Made by a program: the position numbers and the translations under genes. DNA of 63,477 bases, the filler included. It is 5 parts of 5 records of this genome, joined end to end, with 100 filler letters (N's around TTAATTAATTAA, not from the genome) between each part and the next. Parts side by side here need not be neighbours in the genome. Positions count along the whole stretch, not along the records: positions 22,078 to 35,939 come from DRR723986_5216; positions 36,040 to 42,543 come from DRR723986_5220; 3 more parts are not named here. One strand, 5' to 3'. Below, piece by piece: positions 28,274 through 38,705 of the stretch. The notes under the pieces are model-generated. The model ran no database searches, was not told the DNA's origin, and saw only the letters and a program-made list of their open reading frames with translations. The first letter of the stretch is position 1. Each line of letters opens with the position of its first letter.

Positions 28274-29539
28274 CTAAGTGGCATCCCATCGCAGCGCCAG
28301 TGTGCGTGCTACCACGCCAAGGACAACGGCGATGGTGCACAACACGATGATTTCTGTCGTGAGCATGTTGACTGGCAAATCGTACCAGAACACTTTCTTG
28401 AATCCGTCGAGTGCCCAGCCGTTGAAAGTGTACTTGCCAAGGCTCTGCATCGATTCGCTCATGATGTACCGAGGAATCATGCTGCCCCCAAGTGCGGACA
28501 TGCTAAGGACGACGATTACCGATACACCGTTTAGTTGTGCTCGGCTTCTACATACGGCCGCGAGCAATAGTGCGAAGCTTGCCGCGGCGGCAGCGGTGGG
28601 AACGGCGAGGGCGAAGAAAGCGGGTAGGTGGCCGGAAAAATCAACTCCGAATGCGAACTGCCCCCAAGCAAACATGACGGTGAGCTGAACGAGCCCGACC
28701 ATGGTGATGTAGAGCCATTTGCCAGCCAAGAGCTGCGTGATGGTGAGTCGCGTGCACAGCAGCCGATCAAGGGTTCCTGCCTCGCGTTCCTCAAGCAAAC
28801 TGCCTCCCGCACCAGACGCGCTGAACAGCAAGAACATCACGGCGATGCCAGCGGCGTACATGGCAATTTTGGGCTGGTGCTTGTTGTATGAGAACACATT
28901 CTCGCTAGCGATGCTTGCCTCGAACTCAAACGGATCGTCCTCGGCAGCAGGTGCTTCGGCGGAATACGACGCAGCGATCACAGGTGAATCCGTTGTCGGA
29001 TTCGAATCTTCGTCGGCCATGCCCGCTTTGGCAGCGCTTGTCGCAACGGCCTGGGTTAGCACGGCCGTTAATAGTTGCTTCCCGACAGGATTGGTTCCCT
29101 CTTCCATCAGAGTAATTCCGGCCGGAGCCTCGCTGTCCCCAAGTTCTTGGGGCAGATCCTGTATTCCCATGGCTGCATCGGTAAACGACTGCACCTGATC
29201 GGCGTAGCCAGTTGGAATGTGAACCACGATATCCGTCTGTGTCCTGCTCAGCAGCGCTCGAGCAAGGGCTTGAGGCGTACGACCGCCGCTGGTCGATCGT
29301 CCACCGATGACCTTGCGAATTGAATCTTGAGCTGCAATCTGTTTGATCAAATCTTGGCTAAGTGACGATTGGTCGTCATCGATGACCGCAACCGTAAGTG
29401 GTTTGCCGCCCGAGCCAACTCCGCGACTAAAGATCAACGCAAAGATGCTGAAGAACATGATTGGCAGGGCCAGAATCAAGATCAGCTCTTGCCGACTGTT
29501 TAGGGTTCGGCAGATCGATATTTGCAATACAGTGAACAC
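28274..29539 (-). CDS. ABC-2 type exporter permease
   Basis: One N-terminal TM, large extracytoplasmic loop, EEREAGTLDRL, five C-terminal TMs. GTG 29539 overlaps the upstream TAG. Confidence 0.9.
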   Translation of the reverse strand: MFTVLQISICRTLNSRQELILILALPIMFFSIFALIFSRGVGSGGKPLTVAVIDDDQSSLSQDLIKQIAAQDSIRKVIGGRSTSGGRTPQALARALLSRTQTDIVVHIPTGYADQVQSFTDAAMGIQDLPQELGDSEAPAGITLMEEGTNPVGKQLLTAVLTQAVATSAAKAGMADEDSNPTTDSPVIAASYSAEAPAAEDDPFEFEASIASENVFSYNKHQPKIAMYAAGIAVMFLLFSASGAGGSLLEEREAGTLDRLLCTRLTITQLLAGKWLYITMVGLVQLTVMFAWGQFAFGVDFSGHLPAFFALAVPTAAAAASFALLLAAVCRSRAQLNGVSVIVVLSMSALGGSMIPRYIMSESMQSLGKYTFNGWALDGFKKVFWYDLPVNMLTTEIIVLCTIAVVLGVVARTLALRWDAT

Positions 29540-30447
29540 TACTCGCGAAGCTCCCTTCCGGTCAGGTGAAGAAAGACGCCTTGTAGCGTTGGTTGTTCCA
29601 AGATGACAGCTTCTACTTCGCCACCAGCCTTGTTCACTTCTGCAAGGACGACTGGCAAACTGGCTGCATCGTCGATTTGGCCCCACACTTCTGTTGGATC
29701 TTCAGTAGCGATCAAGCCTGCAGGTAAACGGTCAAGCGGATTCGTCAGGCGAAGGGCCAGCGTTTGACTGTGGCCAATCGTTCGCTGAATCAATTCGTCC
29801 AGGGTGCCGCTTTCAACAATCTTTCCTCGATCGATGATGGCAATTCTATCGCACCGATGCTGAGCTTCGTCTAAGTGGTGGGTCGTCAATAGGACGCTGG
29901 TACCGCACTCGAGCAGTTGATAAATCATGTCGTAGATCCGCTCTCGACTCTGCGGATCGACGCCCACGGTTGGTTCGTCTAGCAACAGGACAGCCGGGCG
30001 ATGCAGAACACTGCACGCAATGTTCAATCGCCGCTGCATCCCACCAGATAGTGTCCGGACAAGATGCCGTTTGCGATCGGCCAGGCCGGACCATTCGAGT
30101 GCCGCATCGCAACGCGACTTGACTTCGCCACGTGGTACACCGTGCAGGCGAGCGAAGGCGGTTAGGTTTTGTCCGACCGACATGTCTTGGTAGACGGCAA
30201 TTTCTTGAGGGACTGTTCCCACGTCGGCGTCGGAAATACCGTTAGCAAACTGGATGGTCCCTGACCCGAGCGATTTGCGCCCCGAGATACACTTCAAGAG
30301 GCTGCTTTTTCCTGCGCCGTTGGGTCCCAGCAGGCCAAGCAACTCACCTTCGCGCAGTTCGAGCGAAAGGCCTTGTAGCGCCGGGGACTGCCCATAATTC
30401 AGCGTGGCATCCGTTACGCTAATCACACTTGGAAGTTGGGCAATCAT
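29539..30447 (-). CDS. ABC-2 exporter ATP-binding protein
   Basis: GPNGAGKS, LSGGMQRR, LLLDEPTVGVDP, TTH. Confidence 0.95.
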   Translation of the reverse strand: MIAQLPSVISVTDATLNYGQSPALQGLSLELREGELLGLLGPNGAGKSSLLKCISGRKSLGSGTIQFANGISDADVGTVPQEIAVYQDMSVGQNLTAFARLHGVPRGEVKSRCDAALEWSGLADRKRHLVRTLSGGMQRRLNIACSVLHRPAVLLLDEPTVGVDPQSRERIYDMIYQLLECGTSVLLTTHHLDEAQHRCDRIAIIDRGKIVESGTLDELIQRTIGHSQTLALRLTNPLDRLPAGLIATEDPTEVWGQIDDAASLPVVLAEVNKAGGEVEAVILEQPTLQGVFLHLTGRELRE

Positions 30448-30795
30448 GTTACGGAGAGCTCGGTCCTGTTCGGCAAAAATTGCATTTTGCAGTGGCTATT
30501 GGCAAGGCACAGGTTGCTGGAATGGCAAAGGTTATTTGGTCGGCACGCGCGCAGTGCTACCGCTGCTGAGGACACTAACCGAATCGGGCGGCCTGGATCA
30601 AGTCGACTCTATACGGTCCAGAAGCGATACAGCCGCGATTGGCTATTGCGTTGGTGATGCTATTGCGTTGGTGATTCTGCACGGCGGCCAACAATCCCGA
30701 ATGCTTGGCGTCTATAATGCCCTTGCTGAGATGCTGAAGATAAATCTGTTGAGATGCTGACGATAAATCGCTGAAGGCGGGAGAATTTGGGCCCT

Positions 30796-31737
30796 ATGAA
30801 TCTACTACGTTTCCTTTCCATATCCGCAGCTTTGCTTGCATTGGCGTTTGCGTCCACTGCAAGTGCTGATGAAGCTGCTAGCAAAACATCGAAGAAGAAG
30901 ATCGTCTTAGTTGCTGGCAAGCCATCGCACCCACCGCGCATGCACGAGTTCAATGCGGGGGTCCAGCTATTGCACCGAAGTTTGCAAGGTGTCGAAAACG
31001 TCGAGTGCGATTTTGTGCTCAACGGTTGGCCGAAAGACGAGTCCGTGTTCGACGATGCTAACGCAATCGTTTTCTACATGGATGGTGGCGGACGTCACGA
31101 AATCGTCCAAGGCGACGGCAAGCGACTGGAATTATTAGAAGAGTTGTCGGCCAAAGGCGTTGGGCTGGGCTTCATGCACTATGGCGTCGAAGTGATCGCC
31201 GATCAAGCGGGCGAGCAGATGAGGAGATGGATCGGCGGGCACTATGAGAATCAGTTCTCGTGCAATCCGATTTGGTCCCCCGTGTTCGAATCACTCCCCG
31301 ATCATCCGGTTGCTCAAGGTGTGAAGCCCTTCGCGATCAAGGACGAATGGTATTTCAACATGCGGTTCGAGGGAGACATCGCTGGGAACGAAGCCTCAAA
31401 GATGGGCGAGATGGAATTCGTGCCCATCTTGGTTGCCAAGCCGAGCGACGATGTTCGCGACGGTCCTTACGTTTATCCGAAGGGCCCGTACAAACACATC
31501 GAAGCCAATGCTGGACGCCCGGAAGCGATGATGTGGGTAACGGACAGCAAACAACGTGGTCGCGGGATGGGATTTACCGGAGGTCACTTTCATGACAACT
31601 GGGCCAACGACGACTATCGGAAGGTCGTGCTAAACTCCTTCCTTTGGCTTGCGGGTGCCGAGGTGCCGGAGTCTGGCGTTGAATCCAAGTTGTCGCCCGG
31701 TGACATCGACCGCAACTTGGATCCAAAGAAACGCTAA
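30796..31737 (+). CDS. Exported ThuA-like (class I GATase-like fold) protein
   Basis: Signal peptide, PSHPPRMHE, DGGGRH, HPVAQGV, DEWYF, FTGGHFH. Confidence 0.75.
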   Translation: MNLLRFLSISAALLALAFASTASADEAASKTSKKKIVLVAGKPSHPPRMHEFNAGVQLLHRSLQGVENVECDFVLNGWPKDESVFDDANAIVFYMDGGGRHEIVQGDGKRLELLEELSAKGVGLGFMHYGVEVIADQAGEQMRRWIGGHYENQFSCNPIWSPVFESLPDHPVAQGVKPFAIKDEWYFNMRFEGDIAGNEASKMGEMEFVPILVAKPSDDVRDGPYVYPKGPYKHIEANAGRPEAMMWVTDSKQRGRGMGFTGGHFHDNWANDDYRKVVLNSFLWLAGAEVPESGVESKLSPGDIDRNLDPKKR

Positions 31738-31811
31738 GCTTCACTAGTAGCGGGGTCAGTCGAGCGCCTTCACTTCAGCGCCGCTGGAGAATAGAGCTGC
31801 CGTCGGGCGTT

Positions 31812-32291
31812 TTACTCCGATTCAAGATCCAGTAAAGCCTGGACGACTTGCGTGTCGTGTCCGTCAACCTTAACGCGTTTCCAAACCTTGGCGACGCGTC
31901 CCGCGGAATCGATTAAGAAGGTACTGCGCTGAATCCCCATCGATTTCTTGCCGTACATATTCTTCTCACGCCATGCGCCGTACTTCTCGGCGATCTTGTG
32001 ATCCTTGTCGGCCAACAGCGGGAAGTTTAGCTCATACTTCTCGCGGAACTTTGCATGCGATTCGACATCGTCCGGGCTAACTCCCAGCACGACCGCTCCC
32101 AGCTTCTTCAGCTCTTCTTTTCGGTCGCGGAATGCACAAGCCTCCTTGGTACAACCCGGCGTGTCATCCTTTGGGTAGAAGTACAAAACGACGGGACTGC
32201 CAGCCAATTCGCTAAGCTTGACTTTCTCGCCTTCGTCGCTGGCCAGCGTAAACGCGGGAGCTTTCTTGCCTTCTTCAATCCAATCAGCCAT
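31812..32291 (-). CDS. bcp: Peroxiredoxin Bcp/PrxQ
   Basis: YFYPKDDTPGCTKEAC, FPLLAD, RSTFLID. Confidence 0.95.
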   Translation of the reverse strand: MADWIEEGKKAPAFTLASDEGEKVKLSELAGSPVVLYFYPKDDTPGCTKEACAFRDRKEELKKLGAVVLGVSPDDVESHAKFREKYELNFPLLADKDHKIAEKYGAWREKNMYGKKSMGIQRSTFLIDSAGRVAKVWKRVKVDGHDTQVVQALLDLESE

Positions 32292-32418
32292 CTCTTGACT
32301 CTCTTATGTTCGGTGCTGCGCGGCGTTCTCAAGTTTCGATACGGTCAGGGCACTGGGCCCTACACTGAATATCTGAGAAGATTTTCCCGCAGCGTCAAGG
32401 TCTGGCTGGTTGGCATTG

Positions 32419-33948
32419 TTACGGAGAATTGTACCGATTGGCGGCTGGCGGTGGCAACAATGAAGTGGGGCCCGTCATCGGAGCCGAACCGCTTGGTCGC
32501 ATCGTCGGCATGCTACTGGTCGGCATGCTAGTTGGCGACTGCTGTGTTGCGGGAAGGTACTGGTTTTGAATGACTGTACTACCGCCAGCCGGTTTCTTTG
32601 TTGAGACCTGCATGGCAGGCACGCCCGGCTGTCCGGCCGATTGCGACGGCACGTTGGTCAGGAATGGACCTGCAGGCGGCACTGAATTTGTCTGCGACGG
32701 GAAACTCGGTGGCGCTGCAACGCCAGGTGCCGAGTACTGAGGTGTTGCTTGTTGAGGACCGGGTTGCTGAGGACCGGCTTGTTGCGGTGCCAAGTATTGC
32801 ATCCCTGGTTGGCCCGGTGCACCGGCGCTTGGATAATTGCCCGATTGAGGAGCGAACTGATTCGCCGAACCGGCTGGTGCCATAGCAGGCTGCCCGCCGG
32901 CGGGACCGGCGCTCTGTTGATAGCCGCCAGCGCCACCTTGTGTGGGAGTCGTAATGGCCTGAGCAGTTCGATAAACCTGTTTCGCTGTGTTGAAGCCAGC
33001 CATCGCATTCTGCGCGGTACCGCTTTCGCCAATTCGTTGCAGCAGAGTTCGCGCTCGGGAGAGGTTGGGATCGGTGCGAAGGGCAATTTCCAAGTGCTGC
33101 TGAGCGCTGGCCATGTTGTTGTTCATGAAGTGCAGGTAGGCAACGTTATAGTTGGCCTCTGCTGGCGTCAGAATCTGCTGCAGTTGGTTGACGGCTTCGT
33201 CACTACGTCCGACGGACACCTGCATCCCAGCCAGGTTGTTGCGGAAGCGCGGATTGCGAGGATCGAGTGAAATGGCCTTCGCGACAGCAGCCTGTGCATC
33301 GGCATTCTTCCCCTGTTCCTGCAGGAGGACAGCGAGCTCGTTGTGCGTCGACGCGTTCTCTGGATTAACGGTGATGGCCTTCTGGAAGAACTGCACCGCT
33401 GAATCATTCTGATCTTGTCGCGCATACAGCCTCGCCGTGCTCAGCAAGGCAGCCTCGTTGTCAGGTTGCTTCTCCAACGCTTGGGAGTAATTGTCGAGCG
33501 CCTTTGCATAGTTGCCTTGGGCCTCGAAGAACTGACCGTTGGCAACCCAGACTTCTGGCTCTAGCTTCGATGGCATGTTGGCCAAACTCGTTGCATCGTC
33601 GGGATTGTCGCTGCTGACGAACGTTGCCGTAACAGCATTCTTCGCCTTGCCCATCGCGCTGGAAACGGCTGTCCCCATCGACTTAAACTGGCCAGCGATA
33701 CCCTTGCCGGTGTCAGAGATTGACGAGGATACCGACTCCTGCTCGGCTGCAGCAACCTTGTCACTGTCCTTCGAGAACCACTCGGTTGGGGATTTCATCG
33801 TCGAGCAGCCGGTTGTGCCCGCGATAGCCACACTCGCAAGTAGGGCGGCTCGGAACTTATTTCGCAGTTGCAAGTATCTGTCCTGGTCGGCGAGTTTATT
33901 TGCTGATTGTTTGTTCACTGAACTACTCTTCACTGTCCGGCTCCTCAA
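32419..33948 (-). CDS. TPR-repeat lipoprotein with Pro/Gln-rich C-terminal tail
   Basis: Lipobox-like AGTTGC, about 5-6 TPR motifs (e.g. KAITVNPENASTHNELA), disordered tail. Start uncertain. Confidence 0.8.
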   Translation of the reverse strand: MRSRTVKSSSVNKQSANKLADQDRYLQLRNKFRAALLASVAIAGTTGCSTMKSPTEWFSKDSDKVAAAEQESVSSSISDTGKGIAGQFKSMGTAVSSAMGKAKNAVTATFVSSDNPDDATSLANMPSKLEPEVWVANGQFFEAQGNYAKALDNYSQALEKQPDNEAALLSTARLYARQDQNDSAVQFFQKAITVNPENASTHNELAVLLQEQGKNADAQAAVAKAISLDPRNPRFRNNLAGMQVSVGRSDEAVNQLQQILTPAEANYNVAYLHFMNNNMASAQQHLEIALRTDPNLSRARTLLQRIGESGTAQNAMAGFNTAKQVYRTAQAITTPTQGGAGGYQQSAGPAGGQPAMAPAGSANQFAPQSGNYPSAGAPGQPGMQYLAPQQAGPQQPGPQQATPQYSAPGVAAPPSFPSQTNSVPPAGPFLTNVPSQSAGQPGVPAMQVSTKKPAGGSTVIQNQYLPATQQSPTSMPTSSMPTMRPSGSAPMTGPTSLLPPPAANRYNSP

Positions 33949-34419
33949 ATCTGATTTGGGCGTGGCAACGGGTCGCCCTGGTTGGGACGCCGTGAATGGG
34001 TCGGGCTATTGAAGTCGAGACAGCCGTGTTTCTCGGTGTCAACATTTCGATCCGGCGTGCCACATAAGCTGTGGCGGCGAATCGAATGCATCTCGAAGAG
34101 GCCTGGGGCAGTAGACGTTCAAGAGGAAAAAACGGAACAATCGTCCGGATTGCACTTATCGGTATATTCGGAACTGCCGATCGTCTTGCTTTAGGAAACT
34201 ATCCACAACGAGGGCGATCCACTCATTTGGTTCCACACTTGTGACTCTCGGCGGCGTGCCGTCTGTCGAGTTCCAGTGGTAACGAATGTGCTGGTTTGTC
34301 GGATTTAGTAAAGTTTGCGGGATAGCCTGACGATTCAAACCTTGTGCCGATAGTCTGCCCTTCGCAGATCAGGCGGACGAGAGTGGAGGCAAACAGCAGA
34401 ATTGCTGCCCGCCGAGACC

Positions 34420-34448
34420 TTGACGCTTGCATGTATGGAAGCTAGACT
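34420..34448 (+). promoter_or_regulatory. Sigma70-like promoter of the HU/IHF gene
   Basis: TTGACG-N17-TAGACT, followed by AAGGAG RBS before GTG 34517. Confidence 0.65.
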
Positions 34449-34516
34449 TCGCTCATTAACCTGTTGTGGGCAAATGACTTACGACATTTGCTTTAGCGGC
34501 TAAGGAGCAGCGGCAC

Positions 34517-34930
34517 GTGACCAAGAAAGAGATCGTTAAGTCGATTTCAGATAAGACTGGGCTTACTCAACTCCAAATCAAGGAGATTGTGCAGCTCACC
34601 TTTGATGGCATTGTTGATACGTTGTTGGATGACGGTCGAGTTGAACTGCGTAATTTTGGCGTCTTTCAAGTGAAGACGCGAAAAGCTCGGAAGGCTCGCA
34701 ATCCTCGTACAGGTCTGCAGGTCCAAGTTCCTGAAAAGTTTGTCGTCACATTCAAACCTGGCAAAGAGATGGAAGCTCGTGTCCAGGAACTTGAAGCGGC
34801 AGCAGCTCAGAAGGCATTGGATGAGCAAGAGCGTAGCGAAAGCGAAGCTCAGCCAGGTGCGTCGACGTCAGACCAGCAGAGACTGGATATACAGGATAAC
34901 AGTCAACCTTGGGGTCAGACTGACACCTAA
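34517..34930 (+). CDS. HU/IHF family DNA-binding protein with C-terminal extension
   Basis: [32 protein letters not shown]. Confidence 0.93.
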   Translation: MTKKEIVKSISDKTGLTQLQIKEIVQLTFDGIVDTLLDDGRVELRNFGVFQVKTRKARKARNPRTGLQVQVPEKFVVTFKPGKEMEARVQELEAAAAQKALDEQERSESEAQPGASTSDQQRLDIQDNSQPWGQTDT

Positions 34931-35006
34931 GTCGTTCATTGAGCGGCGCGGTGGGAGCAACGGAATTTGCTCTGCCCCGGAGAAAAGTTTCACGGAGGAA
35001 CGTTCC

Positions 35007-35225
35007 ATGCGACGCTGGATTTGTGCTGCTCTTTTGCTTGGCTGCTGTGTTTCTGCCAGCGGTTGTGCGTTGCCAATTTACTCGGCGATTCCCGAGCGGC
35101 GGGCTGAGCAATTGGTTTATACCTCGGAAAACCTGCGTCTATTGATTCAGGAATGGGAGCGTTTCTGGATGGTCGACCAGCCTGACCACATGACTCCTTA
35201 TCGAGTGCACGGCGGCGTTATCTAG
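35007..35225 (+). CDS. Small planctomycete-type lipoprotein (72 aa)
   Basis: GGAGG RBS, lipobox ASGC, C-terminal EWERFWMVDQPDHMTPYRVHGGVI resembling a small planctomycete protein family (from memory). Confidence 0.8.
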   Translation: MRRWICAALLLGCCVSASGCALPIYSAIPERRAEQLVYTSENLRLLIQEWERFWMVDQPDHMTPYRVHGGVI

Positions 35226-35649
35226 ACGCTGTTCCTGCCCAAAATCTACCGCCACATCCTGCGACCCTACCCAAGATAGGTCCGCAGTTTCTGGCTCTCT
35301 GCAGCCCGTAGAATTCAATTTCTCACGGGCCGCATCCGCGCGCACTTGCTGATTGATTTTTCGCGGGCTGAAACCGGTGAAATCCACAAATCAAGCCTAA
35401 CAACCTTACGCGTAATCTGCTTAGTGCATCGTGCACTGTCTGTATAAGCGGGCCTTCTTCGTCTGGAACCGGCGACTGCTCTGGATCCGTGCAGAACCAC
35501 TCAAATTGCACTGGATTGTTTACGTCTGCTACTTCAACGCATCCACCGGTTCGACAACCCGCTTTCTTCGCACAATAAAATTTCTCTGCCGGAGTGACCC
35601 TAGTTGAAGTCTCTCCATCAACCTGGCCTGGTGCGTCTTCAACAGCATA

Positions 35650-35939
35650 TTACCCGGATTCCTGCTCGTAGTAACCGATACGCCCAATCCAAATATCACC
35701 ATCGGCCTTCGGTTTCTTCACTTTGCATTTAAAGACTGGTTCAATATCAGAGGTCACGACATCCCAGTCGCCGTCTTCATTCCATCCGTAGACTGGGGGT
35801 TCGCGGACGCCGACTTGGTTGCAATTGAGGTCCTTACAACTTGGTGCGTCGGACACGGTTTTTCAATGTCACGGAAGCATAATTGCGCAGAGCACTGGGA
35901 TACATTGAGAGCATATCGATATGCTAGCACAGAAAATCA
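35650..35939 (-). pseudogene. Cys-rich exported-type protein fragment with apparent frameshift near 35853 (5' end off contig)
   Basis: The upstream frame reads ...SQCSAQLCFRDIEKPCP and an adjacent frame continues DAPSCKDLNCNQ.... One extra base would join them. Confidence 0.35.
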
Positions 35940-36039
35940 NNNNNNNNNNNNNNNNNNNNNNNNNNNNNNNNNNNNNNNNNNNNTTAATTAATTAANNNNN
36001 NNNNNNNNNNNNNNNNNNNNNNNNNNNNNNNNNNNNNNN
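35940..36039. other. Artificial contig linker
   Basis: N44-TTAATTAATTAA-N44. Confidence 0.99.
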
Positions 36040-37136
36040 AGATCGCCGCCGATCGTCGGAGCATCGTTGCTACCGGTAACCGTGACCTTGAATTCGGCCT
36101 TGTCGCCACCGACAACCTGATAAACGAAGGTATCGACACCCTCCTGGCCATCGGCGAGGCGGTTCGCTTCTTCGGAATAGACGTAGCTGGCTTCGCCCGT
36201 TTCGACGTTCAGCAACAAGGTGCCGTATTTGCCCTCGACCTCCAGCATGCCATCTGAATCAGCGACGGCATCAACGTTGACAATCGAGCCGCCAGCCGTT
36301 TTGAAAGCCAGCTGGGTGATGACCTGGCCGCCGGTTTCGCCGATTTCGTCGTCGTTGCCGAGAACGTTGAATGTCGCTGCAACTTCCGCTTCGTCGTCGC
36401 CGGTGGTTTCGGTGACGTCGATCGCATCGTTATGAGCGACGAGTGCGCCATCCGTGACACTGAAGAGATGGATGTCACCGACTTCACTGCCTTCGCCGAA
36501 CTGAACCAGTTCGATGTTGTAAAGGGTGGTCGTGCCGGTGCCGTTGGTGATGCTGACGGAACCGTCTTCGTTGGTCTTGATGTCGTAATCTTCAGCCTTG
36601 CCTGCAAACTGGGCAACGTCCTTGGAGCCGCCACGGCCGTCAATGATATCGCTGCCGCCGTTGCCGAAGAAGATGTTGTTCAGGCCGTTGCCGAGCATGA
36701 CATCGTCATTGACCGTGCCGATGGCATTTTCGATGGACGACAGCAGATCGATATCGCCGCCCTTGCTCACGGCGATACCGCTGCGAAGGTCGATGAAGAT
36801 GCCGTTTTCTGTGCTGTTCAGGTAAGAATAATCAATTGTATCAACGTCGTCGCTGCCGAGCAGGATGTCGATGCTGCCGTAACCGACAAGCATGTCGTTT
36901 CCGCTTCTGGCAAGCACGAGATCAAGACCAGATGTTCCTTCGAGCGGTACATCGGCACCGGTCGTCCCATTCACGAAATTGATGCTGGAGACGTCCGGGG
37001 TCGGATCGCTGCCGTCTTCTTCGATGTAAGTACCGACAACGTCAACGTCGCTGATCGTGGAAGTGCTGTTCTTGATGTCCGCCAGAGTGGCGCGGATGGA
37101 GTCGAAAAATTCCGACAGATTGATGTTATTAGGCAT
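36040..37136 (-). CDS. RTX Ca-binding / VCBS-like repeat surface protein, 5' part (T1SS substrate-like)
   Basis: GGxGxD-like nonapeptides (SGNDMLVG, GNGGSDIIDGRGG), IENAIGT, DTFVYQV...VTVTGSNDAP. ATG 37136 follows AGGA. Truncated by the contig end. Confidence 0.85.
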
Positions 37137-37263
37137 TAATCCATTCCTGACTAGCTCCACCGGTTGCCCGAGAGGGACAACTGGTGATTAAAGAATGGGT
37201 GTAAAAATCACCCTTGCTGAAATGCACGAGCAGACTTGGCAGACTGTTTCAATTTGAGCCATT

Positions 37264-37275
37264 CCCCAAATGGGG
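37264..37275. promoter_or_regulatory. Palindrome CCCCA-AA-TGGGG, candidate operator
   Basis: Perfect 5-bp arms between the divergent RTX and LuxR-type genes. Confidence 0.4.
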
Positions 37276-37421
37276 GCTGCGTTAACCAAGAAGTTTGTTA
37301 ACCTTGCCTTCAGACGAAGCCGCAGAAAATACGCAGCGTAAACAACACTTCGGAGAAAGCTTTAGAGTTTCAATGCGTTGAGGGGTGTTAAAATGACGTA
37401 TGGTCAACATTTGCACCCTAA

Positions 37422-37436
37422 TTAACCATTTGTTAA
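37422..37436. promoter_or_regulatory. CtrA-box consensus TTAA-N7-TTAA
   Basis: TTAACCATTTGTTAA, which also contains TTAACCAT. Intergenic in an alphaproteobacterial-type contig. Confidence 0.55.
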
Positions 37437-37571
37437 TTTTTTTGGCACGCGAGAAAAATAATTCCTCACGGAATACGTTATTGCCTCCCCTTAGAGTTGT
37501 GTATACGATTGCATAGTTTTTGTCGTGCCATTCTTCATATTTTTTTACTGTCAGAATGTTGTGTTTTAGCA

Positions 37572-38675
37572 ATGTCCGAGCAACTCGAGAAGCTTATCGC
37601 AGAGTTATATGAGAGCGTAGAAACGGAGAGGTTGTTTTCAGAAACTCTTTCAAAAATAGTTACTTACCTTGGTGCGGCTCAATCTCATTTATGTCTTCTT
37701 GGGAAGGATAACTCTTCGATTGGACTTAATTTCACCGCCAATATGGATCCGAGTTTTCTCGATGAATACCACCAGCACTATGTCAACATCGATTACCGCT
37801 TAAAACTCATAACGAAATCACCTGTGGGGGCTGTCATGACGGACGATCAGTTCAATACACAAGAAGGTTTACGCTCCAGTCCGATCCATCACGATCTGTT
37901 TCCGCGATACGATGTGAATAGGATCATGGGCAGTAACATCACCGTTGACGGTCGCCTTGGCTGGTTCGGTGTTACAAGCATGCGCAAAGACGGGACCTTC
38001 TCCAAAGAGGTAATGGAGGATTTTTCGAGGCTCGTTGTCCATGCCAGGAAGGCGCTTCAACTTCGGCAGCTGCGCATGGAAACCGGTGAACGGGAACTCG
38101 TTCACAGGTCGTCCAACGATGCGCAAACCCATGGCGTCATCATGCTTGCCAATGGCGAGACCGAATACGTCAACCAAATCGCGCAGGATATCCTCGACCT
38201 GGGTTTCGTGAGAATACAAAATGGCAGGCTGGTCTGCCGCAATCCAAGAGAACAAAAGAAGCTGGACGCGGTTCACCGGCGCGTTCGAAACGGGGAAGCG
38301 CCACTGGTGCGTCTTCTCGATAGCAAAACCAACACGACCTACGCCGTACAGGTGTTCAACCCGCTCCCCCGGTTCGTTGACGGACGACTGGAACCGGCAC
38401 GCTGGGTGACCTACAAGATCGTGGTGCTCAATCCGCAGGACATTCTCTCTCCGCGTACGCTCGACCGTATCAGCCAGTTTTTTGGACTGAGTGGAAGCGA
38501 GAGCGCCGCCATTGCCGCTGTCATAGCGCTGCAGCCGCTGTCAGAATACTCCCGAGTCAAGGGTGTCCAGCAGGATACAGTTCGAAAACAGCTGAAGTCT
38601 GCGATGACAAAGATGGCCGTCAACTCACAAAAACAGCTGTTCCAGGTCTACGAGAGGTTCAAGGTCTTCGAGTGA
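37572..38675 (+). CDS. LuxR-type HTH transcriptional regulator with GAF/PAS-like sensor region
   Basis: C-terminal FGLSGSE...DTVRKQLKSAMTKMAVNSQKQL, central PAS-like YVNQIA, N-terminal LIAELYE...YHQHY. Confidence 0.8.
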   Translation: MSEQLEKLIAELYESVETERLFSETLSKIVTYLGAAQSHLCLLGKDNSSIGLNFTANMDPSFLDEYHQHYVNIDYRLKLITKSPVGAVMTDDQFNTQEGLRSSPIHHDLFPRYDVNRIMGSNITVDGRLGWFGVTSMRKDGTFSKEVMEDFSRLVVHARKALQLRQLRMETGERELVHRSSNDAQTHGVIMLANGETEYVNQIAQDILDLGFVRIQNGRLVCRNPREQKKLDAVHRRVRNGEAPLVRLLDSKTNTTYAVQVFNPLPRFVDGRLEPARWVTYKIVVLNPQDILSPRTLDRISQFFGLSGSESAAIAAVIALQPLSEYSRVKGVQQDTVRKQLKSAMTKMAVNSQKQLFQVYERFKVFE

Positions 38676-38705
38676 CAGCCCGGGCTTCCAGGGCACAGGT
38701 GAAGA

